Of a stretch of 64,000 bases of DNA, positions 18,855 to 27,828 are shown in pieces (positions within the stretch are counted from its first letter, which is position 1; the number at the start of each line of letters is the position of its first letter). The position numbers and the translations under genes are program-made. The notes under the pieces were generated by a model that saw only the letters and a list, made by a program, of their open reading frames with translations, was not told the origin of the DNA and searched no databases. Source of the stretch: an uncultured virus (IMG/VR IMGVR_UViG_3300025767_000004) (Duplodnaviria; Heunggongvirae; Uroviricota; Caudoviricetes); the IMG/VR virus record IMGVR_UViG_3300025767_000004. One strand, 5' to 3'.

Positions 18855-19999
18855 TTCTTTTCGTAAAGTTCTAAAATCAAATCTTCGTGGAACTTAACGT
18901 TCGCAGGATTCAGAGAAGCGTGTTCCCAAATAGTTTCCTTAGAAGCTTGTTTGTATTGTGCTAAGTTCTCATCGTGAGTCTCAAAAGCCTCAATCAACTT
19001 TTCTTTACCCATATTCACATCCCACCCTTCGTAGTAGTAACCTGCGTCTTTGATGAAGTGAGCGTTGTGGATAAGTGGGTAGTTACCGTAAAGTACATCA
19101 TACCACATATAGTTAAGCGCATTTTCAGTTTGCCACGATACAACCGCATCGACATATTCTGACATAAACCACGGTAATTTGTATCTCGCTTCAAACGATG
19201 CTTTGTTATCTTTAACAATATCTAAAGTGTTTGAGAAGTGTCTGAAAATCTCACCTTCTTTAATCTTCGCAGCGTTAGTCACAAAGATATCTCCCATTCT
19301 ATGCTCTTCCTCAGATAATCCTAAGTCTCTTTTGTAGTGACGATAAGTATCTTCCATAACTAACATCGGGTAGTGACAGGTCTTTAACATATTAATGTTT
19401 GGTTCAAACACTCCTAAGTTCCACTTAGCCTTTCCTGGCTGGTACTCGTACGGTTTCTTACATTGTTGAGCAACTTTATCAATAAAGAATGGGTCCCAAA
19501 TGTGTGGTACTTCTTTAACCTCAGTATCGTAAGCCAATCTAAAGTAATGATAGTTAGTGTTGATGTGTTGTGGTGTCGTCCAAATCGCATCATACTCAAT
19601 TCCGATGAATACGGCACCTGGCTTTTGACCAAACAACGTTCTCTCAGTATCAATCCAAAAGTCGTTACCACCTTTGTACGCAACAACCTTACCTCCGTTA
19701 TCTTTAACCTTACCAGTGATAACTGAACCTGTCTGAGCACCTAACTCAATAAGGAAGTCAATCTTATCTTCAACATCTGTGAATCTAACAACCTTCACAT
19801 CCACATCGTCCATCATCAATAGAGATGGGTCTTCACCATCACCTACATTAATAATATAAATCTCGTTGAATTTATCTGATTGCTTTAGCAACTTATAGAA
19901 CATCAATACGTTCTGTTTGATTCCGTTTGAGAAAATAGAATCACCGTCTTTCTTTATGTATAATGATATTCCTATATCAATTTTACCGTTCTTTCCCAT
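18851..19999 (-). CDS. DUF2827-like putative glycosyltransferase
   Basis: IFSNGIKQN, VPHIWDP, FEPNINMLK, SWQTENALNY, YPLIHN, GYYY. Confidence 0.7.
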   Translation of the reverse strand: MGKNGKIDIGISLYIKKDGDSIFSNGIKQNVLMFYKLLKQSDKFNEIYIINVGDGEDPSLLMMDDVDVKVVRFTDVEDKIDFLIELGAQTGSVITGKVKDNGGKVVAYKGGNDFWIDTERTLFGQKPGAVFIGIEYDAIWTTPQHINTNYHYFRLAYDTEVKEVPHIWDPFFIDKVAQQCKKPYEYQPGKAKWNLGVFEPNINMLKTCHYPMLVMEDTYRHYKRDLGLSEEEHRMGDIFVTNAAKIKEGEIFRHFSNTLDIVKDNKASFEARYKLPWFMSEYVDAVVSWQTENALNYMWYDVLYGNYPLIHNAHFIKDAGYYYEGWDVNMGKEKLIEAFETHDENLAQYKQASKETIWEHASLNPANVKFHEDLILELYEKK

Positions 20000-20057
20000 T
20001 ATTTGTTATTAATTTATTTATTTAACCAACTAAGGTCTTTATTTAAATATCCGACGC

Positions 20058-20204
20058 TTAGTCATTAATGAATATAGCCATAATAATATATACAATCAAG
20101 GTGGTTCCGAATGTTGACATTGCGGATATAACAAACCCAATTCTAAATAATATTGTAGGAATATTTGTTATTCTCTCTAACCTTTTACACAATCCTGTTA
20201 TCAT
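20058..20204 (-). CDS. PspC-domain small membrane protein; not in ORF track
   Basis: 48 aa MITGLCKRLERITNIPTILFRIGFVISAMSTFGTTLIVYIIMAIFIND matches the GxCxxL...xxRxxF...YI PspC pattern; has its own promoter. Confidence 0.7.
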   Translation of the reverse strand: MITGLCKRLERITNIPTILFRIGFVISAMSTFGTTLIVYIIMAIFIND

Positions 20205-20223
20205 AATTTTTTATTGTTTAATA

Positions 20224-20255
20224 CAAACTTACAAAGTTTTATTTTAACTACCAAA
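20224..20255 (-). promoter_or_regulatory. Bacteroidetes sigma-70 promoter
   Basis: TTTG-N20-TAAGTTTG. Confidence 0.75.
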
Positions 20256-20256
20256 T

Positions 20257-21327
20257 TTAATTTGATAGTGGTGCTTTAATACTTGGGTGAGATTGATAAT
20301 CATCTAATACAAAATCATTAACTCTCAAAATATCTATAATTGAATCGAAGTCTTTTAGATGGCTTTTGAAAAGTAACTTAGTTAATTTCATAGGCTCTCT
20401 ACTAATCTGTTCTTTAGCTTGTTCAATATGATTTGAATATAAATGAACATCTCCTAAATTACCAATTAATTCATCAGGAACCATATTTACTTCTTTAGCA
20501 ATGATTTCCAATAACAATCCGTAAGAAGCAATATTAAATGGTAAACCCAAGAATGTATCTACTGAACGTTGATTCCACATTAAGGATATAGACCTCTTTG
20601 GTGTTGCCGTATAATAATCATCATCAAAATTAGGTATGTTAGATTCATTGTATTCCATACCCGTCTCATAATTATTTTTAAACCAATAGGCATACCTCTC
20701 ATTATCACTCAACTCTCTTGTATAAACTTGAAAACCATAGTGGCATGGTGGAAGTGTCATTTGGTCTATCTCACCGACATTCCAAGCATTAACCATTAAT
20801 CGTCTTGAGTCTGGATTTGTTTTTAAATCATTGATTAGGTTTTGGATTTGGTCTATTTGTTTTGTATAAACGCCAGGGTCAACTATTTTCTCATCACGAG
20901 TTGCATTTCTGCTCCAACTTCTCCATTGTTTACCATAAATTGGTCCTAATTCACCCCAATCTCTAGCAAAAGCATCATTAGTTTTAATTAACTCTATAAA
21001 TTGTTCTTGAGTATATCGGGGTCCATGCCAACCGGGAACAAATTGGTCTGCGTACTTCTTATAAGCATCACCATTCCAAATGTTACACCCATTATCAACT
21101 AGGTATTTAATGTTAGTATCTCCTTTTAAAAACCAAAGTAACTCGGTTACCATAGTTTTAAACGCCATCTTCTTAGTAGTAAGAAGTGGGAAACCATCAC
21201 TCATTTTATGTCTGATTTGTCTACCAAATACTGAAATAGTTCCAGTACCTGTCCTATCCTCTTTCTTTACTCCATTTTCAAGTACATCTTTTAGGAGTGA
21301 TTGGTAATCTTTATCTAGTTTATTCAT
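20257..21327 (-). CDS. thyA: Thymidylate synthase
   Basis: DRTGTGT, FPLLTTKK, ELLWFL, LGPIYGKQWR, SRR, LPPCH, QRSVDTFLGLPFNIASY, DVHLY. Confidence 0.97.
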   Translation of the reverse strand: MNKLDKDYQSLLKDVLENGVKKEDRTGTGTISVFGRQIRHKMSDGFPLLTTKKMAFKTMVTELLWFLKGDTNIKYLVDNGCNIWNGDAYKKYADQFVPGWHGPRYTQEQFIELIKTNDAFARDWGELGPIYGKQWRSWSRNATRDEKIVDPGVYTKQIDQIQNLINDLKTNPDSRRLMVNAWNVGEIDQMTLPPCHYGFQVYTRELSDNERYAYWFKNNYETGMEYNESNIPNFDDDYYTATPKRSISLMWNQRSVDTFLGLPFNIASYGLLLEIIAKEVNMVPDELIGNLGDVHLYSNHIEQAKEQISREPMKLTKLLFKSHLKDFDSIIDILRVNDFVLDDYQSHPSIKAPLSN

Positions 21328-21328
21328 T

Positions 21329-21532
21329 TTAAAATTCGTTAAGGTCTGTTAAATCCAGTGTGGTTCCTGTAAGTTCACTTTTGACTTCTATGAATTGTCC
21401 TATCCCATCAGTATAAGTAATCCATTTAATCATACCAACTTGCCCGTGTATTGTTTTAATCGCAGCAACCCAAGTATTATAAGCCTTTTGTTGCTCATCG
21501 TTTAATTCGATATTGATTTGTTTATTTTTCAT
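21329..21532 (-). CDS. Hypothetical protein
   Basis: 67 aa ORF coupled to thyA. Confidence 0.6.
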   Translation of the reverse strand: MKNKQINIELNDEQQKAYNTWVAAIKTIHGQVGMIKWITYTDGIGQFIEVKSELTGTTLDLTDLNEF

Positions 21533-21689
21533 CTTTATTTAGTCTTCTATCAATTACTTCAAATAATTCACGTTCAATTTCTTCTTCTGTTACATCATCT
21601 AAATTAAAGTACCAATCATCAAATCCTGGACGGTCATATAATTTATCTAATATCTCAGCAACTGCCTTCTTAATTTCTACGTTTTTCAT
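21522..21689 (-). CDS. Small hypothetical protein; not in ORF track
   Basis: 55 aa MKNVEIKKAVAEILDKLYDRPGFDDWYF... Confidence 0.55.
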   Translation of the reverse strand: MKNVEIKKAVAEILDKLYDRPGFDDWYFNLDDVTEEEIERELFEVIDRRLNKDEK

Positions 21690-21697
21690 TCTATAAT

Positions 21698-21979
21698 TTA
21701 CGACTTTCTCTGTAAAAAGTCCATAGCCGATGTAAATAGTTTAATCCCCTCTAAAGAATCACCGTATTGTGGTATATTCCCTAAATTAGACATTAAATTA
21801 TCATGTTCAGTATTTCCGACATACTTCTCTAAGAACTTAGCATGAACATCCACATACGTAAAACCCTCGTCTAACTTCCACTTCTTTATGTCGTTAGCTA
21901 ATACTTCAGACATTAAATTTTGGTAGTTATTATCCATCACTGTACTCCTTATATTTCCCTTTATAATTGGATATCTCAT
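21698..21979 (-). CDS. Hypothetical protein
   Basis: ORF in operon; true start may be the internal MDNN. Confidence 0.55.
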   Translation of the reverse strand: MRYPIIKGNIRSTVMDNNYQNLMSEVLANDIKKWKLDEGFTYVDVHAKFLEKYVGNTEHDNLMSNLGNIPQYGDSLEGIKLFTSAMDFLQRKS

Positions 21980-22262
21980 CCATTAGTTTTTGGAGGTCAG
22001 AACACATCTCGTAGTTCTCAACCTCTTCAAAGTAATCCAAACTTAGTTCTAAGTTAAGTAGGAAATCTGAATCTTCAGCACTAATAACCATCTCGTCATT
22101 ATTCCCTTCAATCGTGAAGGACATAAGCTCAACGTTATTGTATTTATCTCCGTAAAAATTATCTCGTATTTTCTCGAAACAGGTGGTATGATACCACTCT
22201 GCATTGTCTCTAAGGTAGTTTAGTAAAACTTCTTCGTTTGATTCCATCATATAATTTTCCAT
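21930..22262 (-). CDS. Hypothetical protein with UVR-like C-terminus
   Basis: YFEEVENYEMC motif; start moved downstream of the promoter. Confidence 0.6.
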   Translation of the reverse strand: MENYMMESNEEVLLNYLRDNAEWYHTTCFEKIRDNFYGDKYNNVELMSFTIEGNNDEMVISAEDSDFLLNLELSLDYFEEVENYEMCSDLQKLMDEISNYKGKYKEYSDG

Positions 22263-22280
22263 AATTCGTATTGTATAGTA

Positions 22281-22312
22281 CAAATATATGAAAATTATTT
22301 AGTAATACCAAA
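22281..22312 (-). promoter_or_regulatory. Bacteroidetes sigma-70 promoter
   Basis: TTTG-N20-TATATTTG. Confidence 0.8.
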
Positions 22313-22319
22313 CAATTTA

Positions 22320-22592
22320 CTACTCAGAGTCCGTATTATTTCTACCACCCCATATCTTGTCAACCGAAGTTAGACCTAAAGCCCCGAACGCTAAAGCAGC
22401 AACTGCATTGACTAACGCATCTGAAGGTGCAATAGTAATATCAGTAAAACTATTAGCAACCATAGTAGCACATAATGAAAGACCTGAGATTAGACCTAAT
22501 AACCTTTTAGATGATGGTACACCATTCTCATCATTAAGTAATCCTTTAACCCAATTTAAAAGTTTGTTTGAACCGTTTTTGATAGCACCCAT
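22320..22592 (-). CDS. 2-TM membrane protein, holin-like candidate
   Basis: PSSKR motif followed by two TM helices; TATTTATA at 22609-22616. Confidence 0.5.
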   Translation of the reverse strand: MGAIKNGSNKLLNWVKGLLNDENGVPSSKRLLGLISGLSLCATMVANSFTDITIAPSDALVNAVAALAFGALGLTSVDKIWGGRNNTDSE

Positions 22593-22618
22593 AATATAAT
22601 TCTTTCTATATAAATAGT

Positions 22619-23323
22619 CTAAAGAATCTGTTTGGGGGCATTTCTATTTAGTATTTTTCTTCTAACGATAGGAAGTACCGTACTGTTGAAAGGGTATGGT
22701 TGGTGTCCTTTAACCACATAACAGTTAATCGTGGTTTTATCTGTTTGTTGTATTAAATGAAATTTAACATCGTATATGGATTCAAACCTATTTTTAGGTA
22801 AGGTCTCTACTTTTTCAATATACACAAACCTATTTCCATTAACATCGATTAATATATTACCAATATTATATTGGTATAGGTCCAACTCGTTACCTTCAAA
22901 GATAATATAACCTGACTCTTCATCGGGAGAACCAACTCCCAACTTCTTAACTTCTATGTCTTCAGAGATTTCACCGTATATTACAATACCCATTTGAGTA
23001 TAATCCAATAAAGTATCTAACCCCCACTGTATGATTTCTGATAACTCTTCAGTTATGTCTTGGTTAGCATACTCATTAACCTCGTATATTATCTCTCTCT
23101 TTTCTAAATCTATCCCCACCATTTCTTTAGGGAATAAATCTTCAATTTCTTTTTTGTTCTTACTAATCGTATTTAGTATCCCGTGATACTCAACCAAATT
23201 TGTTAGGTGAGGGTATAGTTTATATTGGTCCCAATCATTATCAACATCTTTCAAATAAGACATCAACTTATACTGCTTATACTCTAAATCTATCGGACCA
23301 ACATCTAACCACTCTATTATCAT
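22619..23323 (-). CDS. Hypothetical protein resembling a Bacteroidetes conserved family
   Basis: IDLEYKQYKLMSYL...LYPHL...TVLPIVRRK. Confidence 0.6.
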   Translation of the reverse strand: MIIEWLDVGPIDLEYKQYKLMSYLKDVDNDWDQYKLYPHLTNLVEYHGILNTISKNKKEIEDLFPKEMVGIDLEKREIIYEVNEYANQDITEELSEIIQWGLDTLLDYTQMGIVIYGEISEDIEVKKLGVGSPDEESGYIIFEGNELDLYQYNIGNILIDVNGNRFVYIEKVETLPKNRFESIYDVKFHLIQQTDKTTINCYVVKGHQPYPFNSTVLPIVRRKILNRNAPKQIL

Positions 23324-24750
23324 AGTTTTACTAAATTTCCTTTTTTAAACTCTTCGTAATTCTCTCCCTTCTTAAATTTATAATACTTACCGTCTCTTAC
23401 GTATTGTATGATACCCGCATTTTTTAAAGAAGAAAAGAATGTTGAAAAGTATCCTCCAATATTAATTGGACTACCCCCATTATAGAATACCCCATTTTTC
23501 TCAGTTAATTTACCAGTCTTTAAAAAGAAATCTTTTTTACTACCTAAACCGTTATCACCTAAGTCATCCAAATATTTAACCATCTGTTGGGTCAATTTAC
23601 CATTACGGTTAAACTTATATGTTGACATCCTGTTGGTATCACTCCAAAAAGCCTTACCCGTTAACTCTTTAAGTTTTTCAGGTGTAAAGTATCTCTCCGA
23701 TATGTATTTCTGTAACATATCCTTAAACTTCTTAAAACTAACGTAATCACCATTAGACTTATAACGACCATCTCTTAATTCTGTATCCTCTCCATCATCA
23801 CCAGGATAGTATCTTAATCCGTCAGTCACCTGAAGGTTCGCATGTAACCCATTATTAGTATGAACTATTTTAACCGATGCAGTAAAATGTACATTATCCT
23901 CATCTTTAAACCTGAAATTTAATTCAATATTAGAACCATAAACCTCAACATCACCTATATTAATCTTAAGTTGTTTTACCGCTAAATCTTTATACTTTAT
24001 TTCTAAATCTAAGATATATGGTACATTATCTAACTTTAACGCCTCAAATGTTTTATTTACCTTATCCTCATTAGACCTATTATCATTTTTCTTTTCATTT
24101 ACATATTTGATTATTGTCTCATAAATACCATCACCTAAAACCATCTTAGATAACTTTTGCTCACCCCTACCTAATCTATCATCTTTAGAGTCATACCACG
24201 TCTCGTTATTATTATATATATTATAATGAATCGCCATTTTATAGTATGGGTTATCCTTTGTGAATTTCTTTAAGAAAATATAGAACAATATACCACTACT
24301 CGTATAATTTGAAAATGCTTGAGGGTTTTTAGCCGTGGTACACCACTTAGTACCCGCACCATACTTACACGAAGCCTCGTGTGTCTTTGGGACGACAACC
24401 AATACATCCTCAGTATCTATAATCTTATCGTAGTCATCACCAACTTCTAACTTATCAGGTCTATCACCTTCATATTTAGCTATGACATCAAATAACTCTG
24501 AGTATGTTTTGTATTGGTTAATATCTTTCTTCTCTAAGTTCTTACGATATTTCTCGAATTTTTCAATAGTGTCATCTCCATCTTCAATCCTTTCGATGTC
24601 ACTACCTGTACTATAGTATTGTTTTAAATACCAATCAGCATACTTGTAATTTGTCTTAACGTGAATATCTGAGTTGGTTAGATAGTCCTTAATCAACTCC
24701 TCATCACCATACTTAGCAATTAAATTTTCTTTTCTTCCTTCGTTTAACAT
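23320..24750 (-). CDS. Hypothetical protein with SCxYGxxTxWCT domain
   Basis: DINQY...PKTHEASCKYGAGTKWCTTAK; paralogous domain in 60151-61596. Confidence 0.65.
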   Translation of the reverse strand: MLNEGRKENLIAKYGDEELIKDYLTNSDIHVKTNYKYADWYLKQYYSTGSDIERIEDGDDTIEKFEKYRKNLEKKDINQYKTYSELFDVIAKYEGDRPDKLEVGDDYDKIIDTEDVLVVVPKTHEASCKYGAGTKWCTTAKNPQAFSNYTSSGILFYIFLKKFTKDNPYYKMAIHYNIYNNNETWYDSKDDRLGRGEQKLSKMVLGDGIYETIIKYVNEKKNDNRSNEDKVNKTFEALKLDNVPYILDLEIKYKDLAVKQLKINIGDVEVYGSNIELNFRFKDEDNVHFTASVKIVHTNNGLHANLQVTDGLRYYPGDDGEDTELRDGRYKSNGDYVSFKKFKDMLQKYISERYFTPEKLKELTGKAFWSDTNRMSTYKFNRNGKLTQQMVKYLDDLGDNGLGSKKDFFLKTGKLTEKNGVFYNGGSPINIGGYFSTFFSSLKNAGIIQYVRDGKYYKFKKGENYEEFKKGNLVKL

Positions 24751-24753
24751 ATC

Positions 24754-25842
24754 TTAATTGGTTCTATATACATAATAACTTACACCATCAATATCTTGGT
24801 ATTCTTCATTACCATCATAATGTGAAAGAGTGTTACCCCTTCCGTCATGCCTTAAGATATCATCAGCAACACCATCCATATCTACGTAATCTTTAACATC
24901 CCATCCTTCATATTCTAAGTTTACATAATCTGACATTAAATCTTCTGCCCTATCATTAGCCATCTCTTCAGCCTTCTCTTCAATATCATCATCACTAGGG
25001 TGTGTCTCTTCGTCATCCTCATCATAGTCCTCGAAGTAATCTGATAGGTCATAGGTAATATCATCTCTGTAATGTTCCAAATAGGAAGCTACCAAATCTT
25101 CTTTTAACCGACTATCATTAATATTATCTTCGATAACCCATGAACTAATACCTTCGATACCTAACTCATCTAATTGATTAGTTAACGATTCTTTTGCCGC
25201 ATCATCAGCCTCTTCATCTGTACCAACCGCATACTCCCCGTAACTATCACAATCAAAATGCCTTAATCCGTAATGTTCCCATTGTGATTCGTATAATATT
25301 GCGTAGATACCATACTCATCAACCATTTCTTCTGCTTCGTCATATTGAGCTTCTAACGTATCTATTTTAAGTTCGACGTATTCAATCTTATCGTCGTATT
25401 TACCATCATCGTTAATATCTGTTAGTCTCTCTAACTTATTCTTTAACTTTTTGATTTTAGGACCTAACTCGTTAATCTCATCTACATAGATATCAATTTC
25501 TTCAACACCTTCATTTTCTATTAAGTGTAGATACACTGCCTGAGCATGTGGGTCGTCTTCATAAACCTTATTTTCTTTATTAGTCGCTTTTGTTCTTCTA
25601 ATCTCAAGTTGTCTTTGACGTTCCCTCTCTTTAAATTCTCTATCACGCTTCTCCTTTGCTATCATTTCGTCATTCTGTTTTGACGCTCTATCGATAACCT
25701 CTTGGTCCACACCAAACTTTTTCATTGAGTCTAATGCCGTTTGTCTATCTTTTGCCTTATCTTCGGAGTTGTCGTACTTTTTTTGAAAGTCATATCCAAA
25801 ATATTTATAAATCTTTTCAGTTGATTTTTCTTTCCAATTCAT
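24754..25842 (-). CDS. Highly acidic hypothetical protein
   Basis: 362 aa, D/E-rich, coiled-coil N-terminus; TATTTATT at 25861-25868. Confidence 0.7.
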   Translation of the reverse strand: MNWKEKSTEKIYKYFGYDFQKKYDNSEDKAKDRQTALDSMKKFGVDQEVIDRASKQNDEMIAKEKRDREFKERERQRQLEIRRTKATNKENKVYEDDPHAQAVYLHLIENEGVEEIDIYVDEINELGPKIKKLKNKLERLTDINDDGKYDDKIEYVELKIDTLEAQYDEAEEMVDEYGIYAILYESQWEHYGLRHFDCDSYGEYAVGTDEEADDAAKESLTNQLDELGIEGISSWVIEDNINDSRLKEDLVASYLEHYRDDITYDLSDYFEDYDEDDEETHPSDDDIEEKAEEMANDRAEDLMSDYVNLEYEGWDVKDYVDMDGVADDILRHDGRGNTLSHYDGNEEYQDIDGVSYYVYRTN

Positions 25843-25930
25843 TTTAGTCAGTCGTTTAGTAATAAATAGTTCATTATTTGACTTTGTATATAGAAAAAGA
25901 TAATATTTAGTTAAATCAAAAACATAATTT

Positions 25931-26503
25931 ATGCGTTATCGTTACGACAAAAACTCATTAGAATTTAGTAAAGACAACAAAAGTATCTTTATCTGTATTT
26001 TAATCTCACTAACATTAGTCGTGGTATCTTACTTTGTTGGTAAGTATTCACATAAACCTTCAGAAATTGTTGAGTTGGAAAAAGAACTAATCATTATTAA
26101 AAACGAATGTCATACCACACCATTTTATAGAGACACTCTCATCAGTGAATTAAAAAGACTTAACGTTAACTTTCCACATATCGTATTAGCACAGTCAATC
26201 GTTGAAACAGGTCATTGGACCAGTACCATCTTTATTGAGAATAATAACTTATTTGGAATGAAAGAAGCCTCTATTAGAATTCACACTTCTATAGGGACTC
26301 AAAGAGGACACGCATATTACACCAATTGGAAAGAATCACTTTACGATTATTGTTTCTACCAAAGTAGATATCTAAGTAAGTTAAAAACTGAAGAAGAGTA
26401 TTACAATTATTTAAGTAGGTCATACGCAGAAGCCGATAACTATATATCATCACTTAAAAGGGTAATAAAAAAGGAAAAACTGAAGGAACTATTTAACGAC
26501 TAA
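25931..26503 (+). CDS. GH73 glucosaminidase/muramidase with N-terminal TM anchor
   Basis: LAQSIVETG, NNNLFGMK, YAEADNY; hydrophobic segment near residues 20-37. Confidence 0.85.
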   Translation: MRYRYDKNSLEFSKDNKSIFICILISLTLVVVSYFVGKYSHKPSEIVELEKELIIIKNECHTTPFYRDTLISELKRLNVNFPHIVLAQSIVETGHWTSTIFIENNNLFGMKEASIRIHTSIGTQRGHAYYTNWKESLYDYCFYQSRYLSKLKTEEEYYNYLSRSYAEADNYISSLKRVIKKEKLKELFND

Positions 26504-27579
26504 TAGTCGTGAATGTAATCGGTAAAGATTTCATTCATATCTTTTTCGAGAATAGTCGAATCTGCATAGTCAGGGTAACTAGCACTCAAAGAATCTTGGT
26601 AGGATAAATTATCACAATATTCTTCTAACACAGTTTCAAAACCACCGTAATACCAAAGGTCCTGACCCTCATCTATTATGTATTGGATAACATCAGTATA
26701 AATATTAGTAACGTCAATCTCCGTATTAACTATTGAATACGTATATTTATCCCCGTTACGATGATATCCAACACCTGTCTTACCAGTATCTACCTGAGTA
26801 TGTTTAGAACCAAAGAAATTCTCTATCGCTTCGTATACATTATTATACGCTTCGGATTCTAATGCCGACTCATAAGAGTAGTTGTAAATACGTCTTAGAT
26901 TATCCTTTAAACCCTCAAAGAAATCTATTCCTATTAATGCATCTGCAATTGTTGAGTTACTCATAAAAATCTCATCAAACGTTTCTTTAGTTAACTCACC
27001 GTCATCCTGTGAGATAACATCACTCAACATCTCATTGTCCCCATCGTAATTAACATACTCTCCGAAACCTTGCTCTAACATTAAATCTTTTAATTCTTTT
27101 AAATTAACGTCATTTAATGAATCAAGTATATCATCTTCAATACTAATATATTCTGAGAAGTCACTTCCTGAATAAAAATCACCTTCACCAACTAATATAT
27201 TTTCAATCCAATCAGTCCCCATATTACGGTCACTATAGAAAAATTTAGTCAACTCGTCAGCACTATTTAATACCATAATCACCTTATCGTTCCTAACCTC
27301 AATGTCAGGAAATCCAGGTGCCGTATGTTTTATTAATCTATGATTGTCTTTACTACTAATTAATGTTTGGAGAATCGTGTTGTATGTAACTTCATCGTAT
27401 GAGTCTTCATCTGATACCATATCAATCAGAAAACTATCTAATTGATTACGCATTATTAAATACTTATATAAATTTTCAGGGTCCCCTTCAAAAGTCTTTG
27501 CTATTATACTGAACTTATTTTCAGTAATAGGTACCACACCTTCTTTAATAATTTGTTTAATAGTCTCGATTAACCTCAT
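26500..27579 (-). CDS. Acidic hypothetical protein, possibly virion-internal
   Basis: MRLIETIKQIIKEG leader; TATTTATT at 27583-27590. Confidence 0.65.
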   Translation of the reverse strand: MRLIETIKQIIKEGVVPITENKFSIIAKTFEGDPENLYKYLIMRNQLDSFLIDMVSDEDSYDEVTYNTILQTLISSKDNHRLIKHTAPGFPDIEVRNDKVIMVLNSADELTKFFYSDRNMGTDWIENILVGEGDFYSGSDFSEYISIEDDILDSLNDVNLKELKDLMLEQGFGEYVNYDGDNEMLSDVISQDDGELTKETFDEIFMSNSTIADALIGIDFFEGLKDNLRRIYNYSYESALESEAYNNVYEAIENFFGSKHTQVDTGKTGVGYHRNGDKYTYSIVNTEIDVTNIYTDVIQYIIDEGQDLWYYGGFETVLEEYCDNLSYQDSLSASYPDYADSTILEKDMNEIFTDYIHDY

Positions 27580-27591
27580 CCTAATAAATAG

Positions 27592-27714
27592 TTACTTCTT
27601 TATTTTATTGTATTTGTTAATCACAACTTTAATTTGATTTTTTAATTCGTCGTTTGTAACAACAGGTTTTTGAGGAACCTGATTTGTACTTTTCTTTTTA
27701 CATCCACAACCCAT
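27592..27714 (-). CDS. Small basic protein MGCGCKKK...; not in ORF track
   Basis: 40 aa ORF preceded by TATTTATA (27746-27753). Confidence 0.6.
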   Translation of the reverse strand: MGCGCKKKSTNQVPQKPVVTNDELKNQIKVVINKYNKIKK

Positions 27715-27782
27715 AATCTTTTTTTTTAAGGTATTTATTCTTTATTATAAATATACACTATTACCATAATTAAATAAACAAA

Positions 27783-27808
27783 AAACCCCCACATTTCTGT
27801 GAGGGTTT
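27783..27808 (-). terminator. Intrinsic terminator after the collagen operon
   Basis: aaacccccaca-tttc-tgtgagggttt with an A run on its left. Confidence 0.65.
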
Positions 27809-27828
27809 CTTATCTTTAATCTTAAGTA

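Noticed and set aside
20257..21327. ThyA as a dCMP hydroxymethylase or an intron/intein-containing gene
   Set aside because: It keeps the dUMP-specifying Asn (PFNIASY); the insertions are short, in frame and lack splicing motifs.
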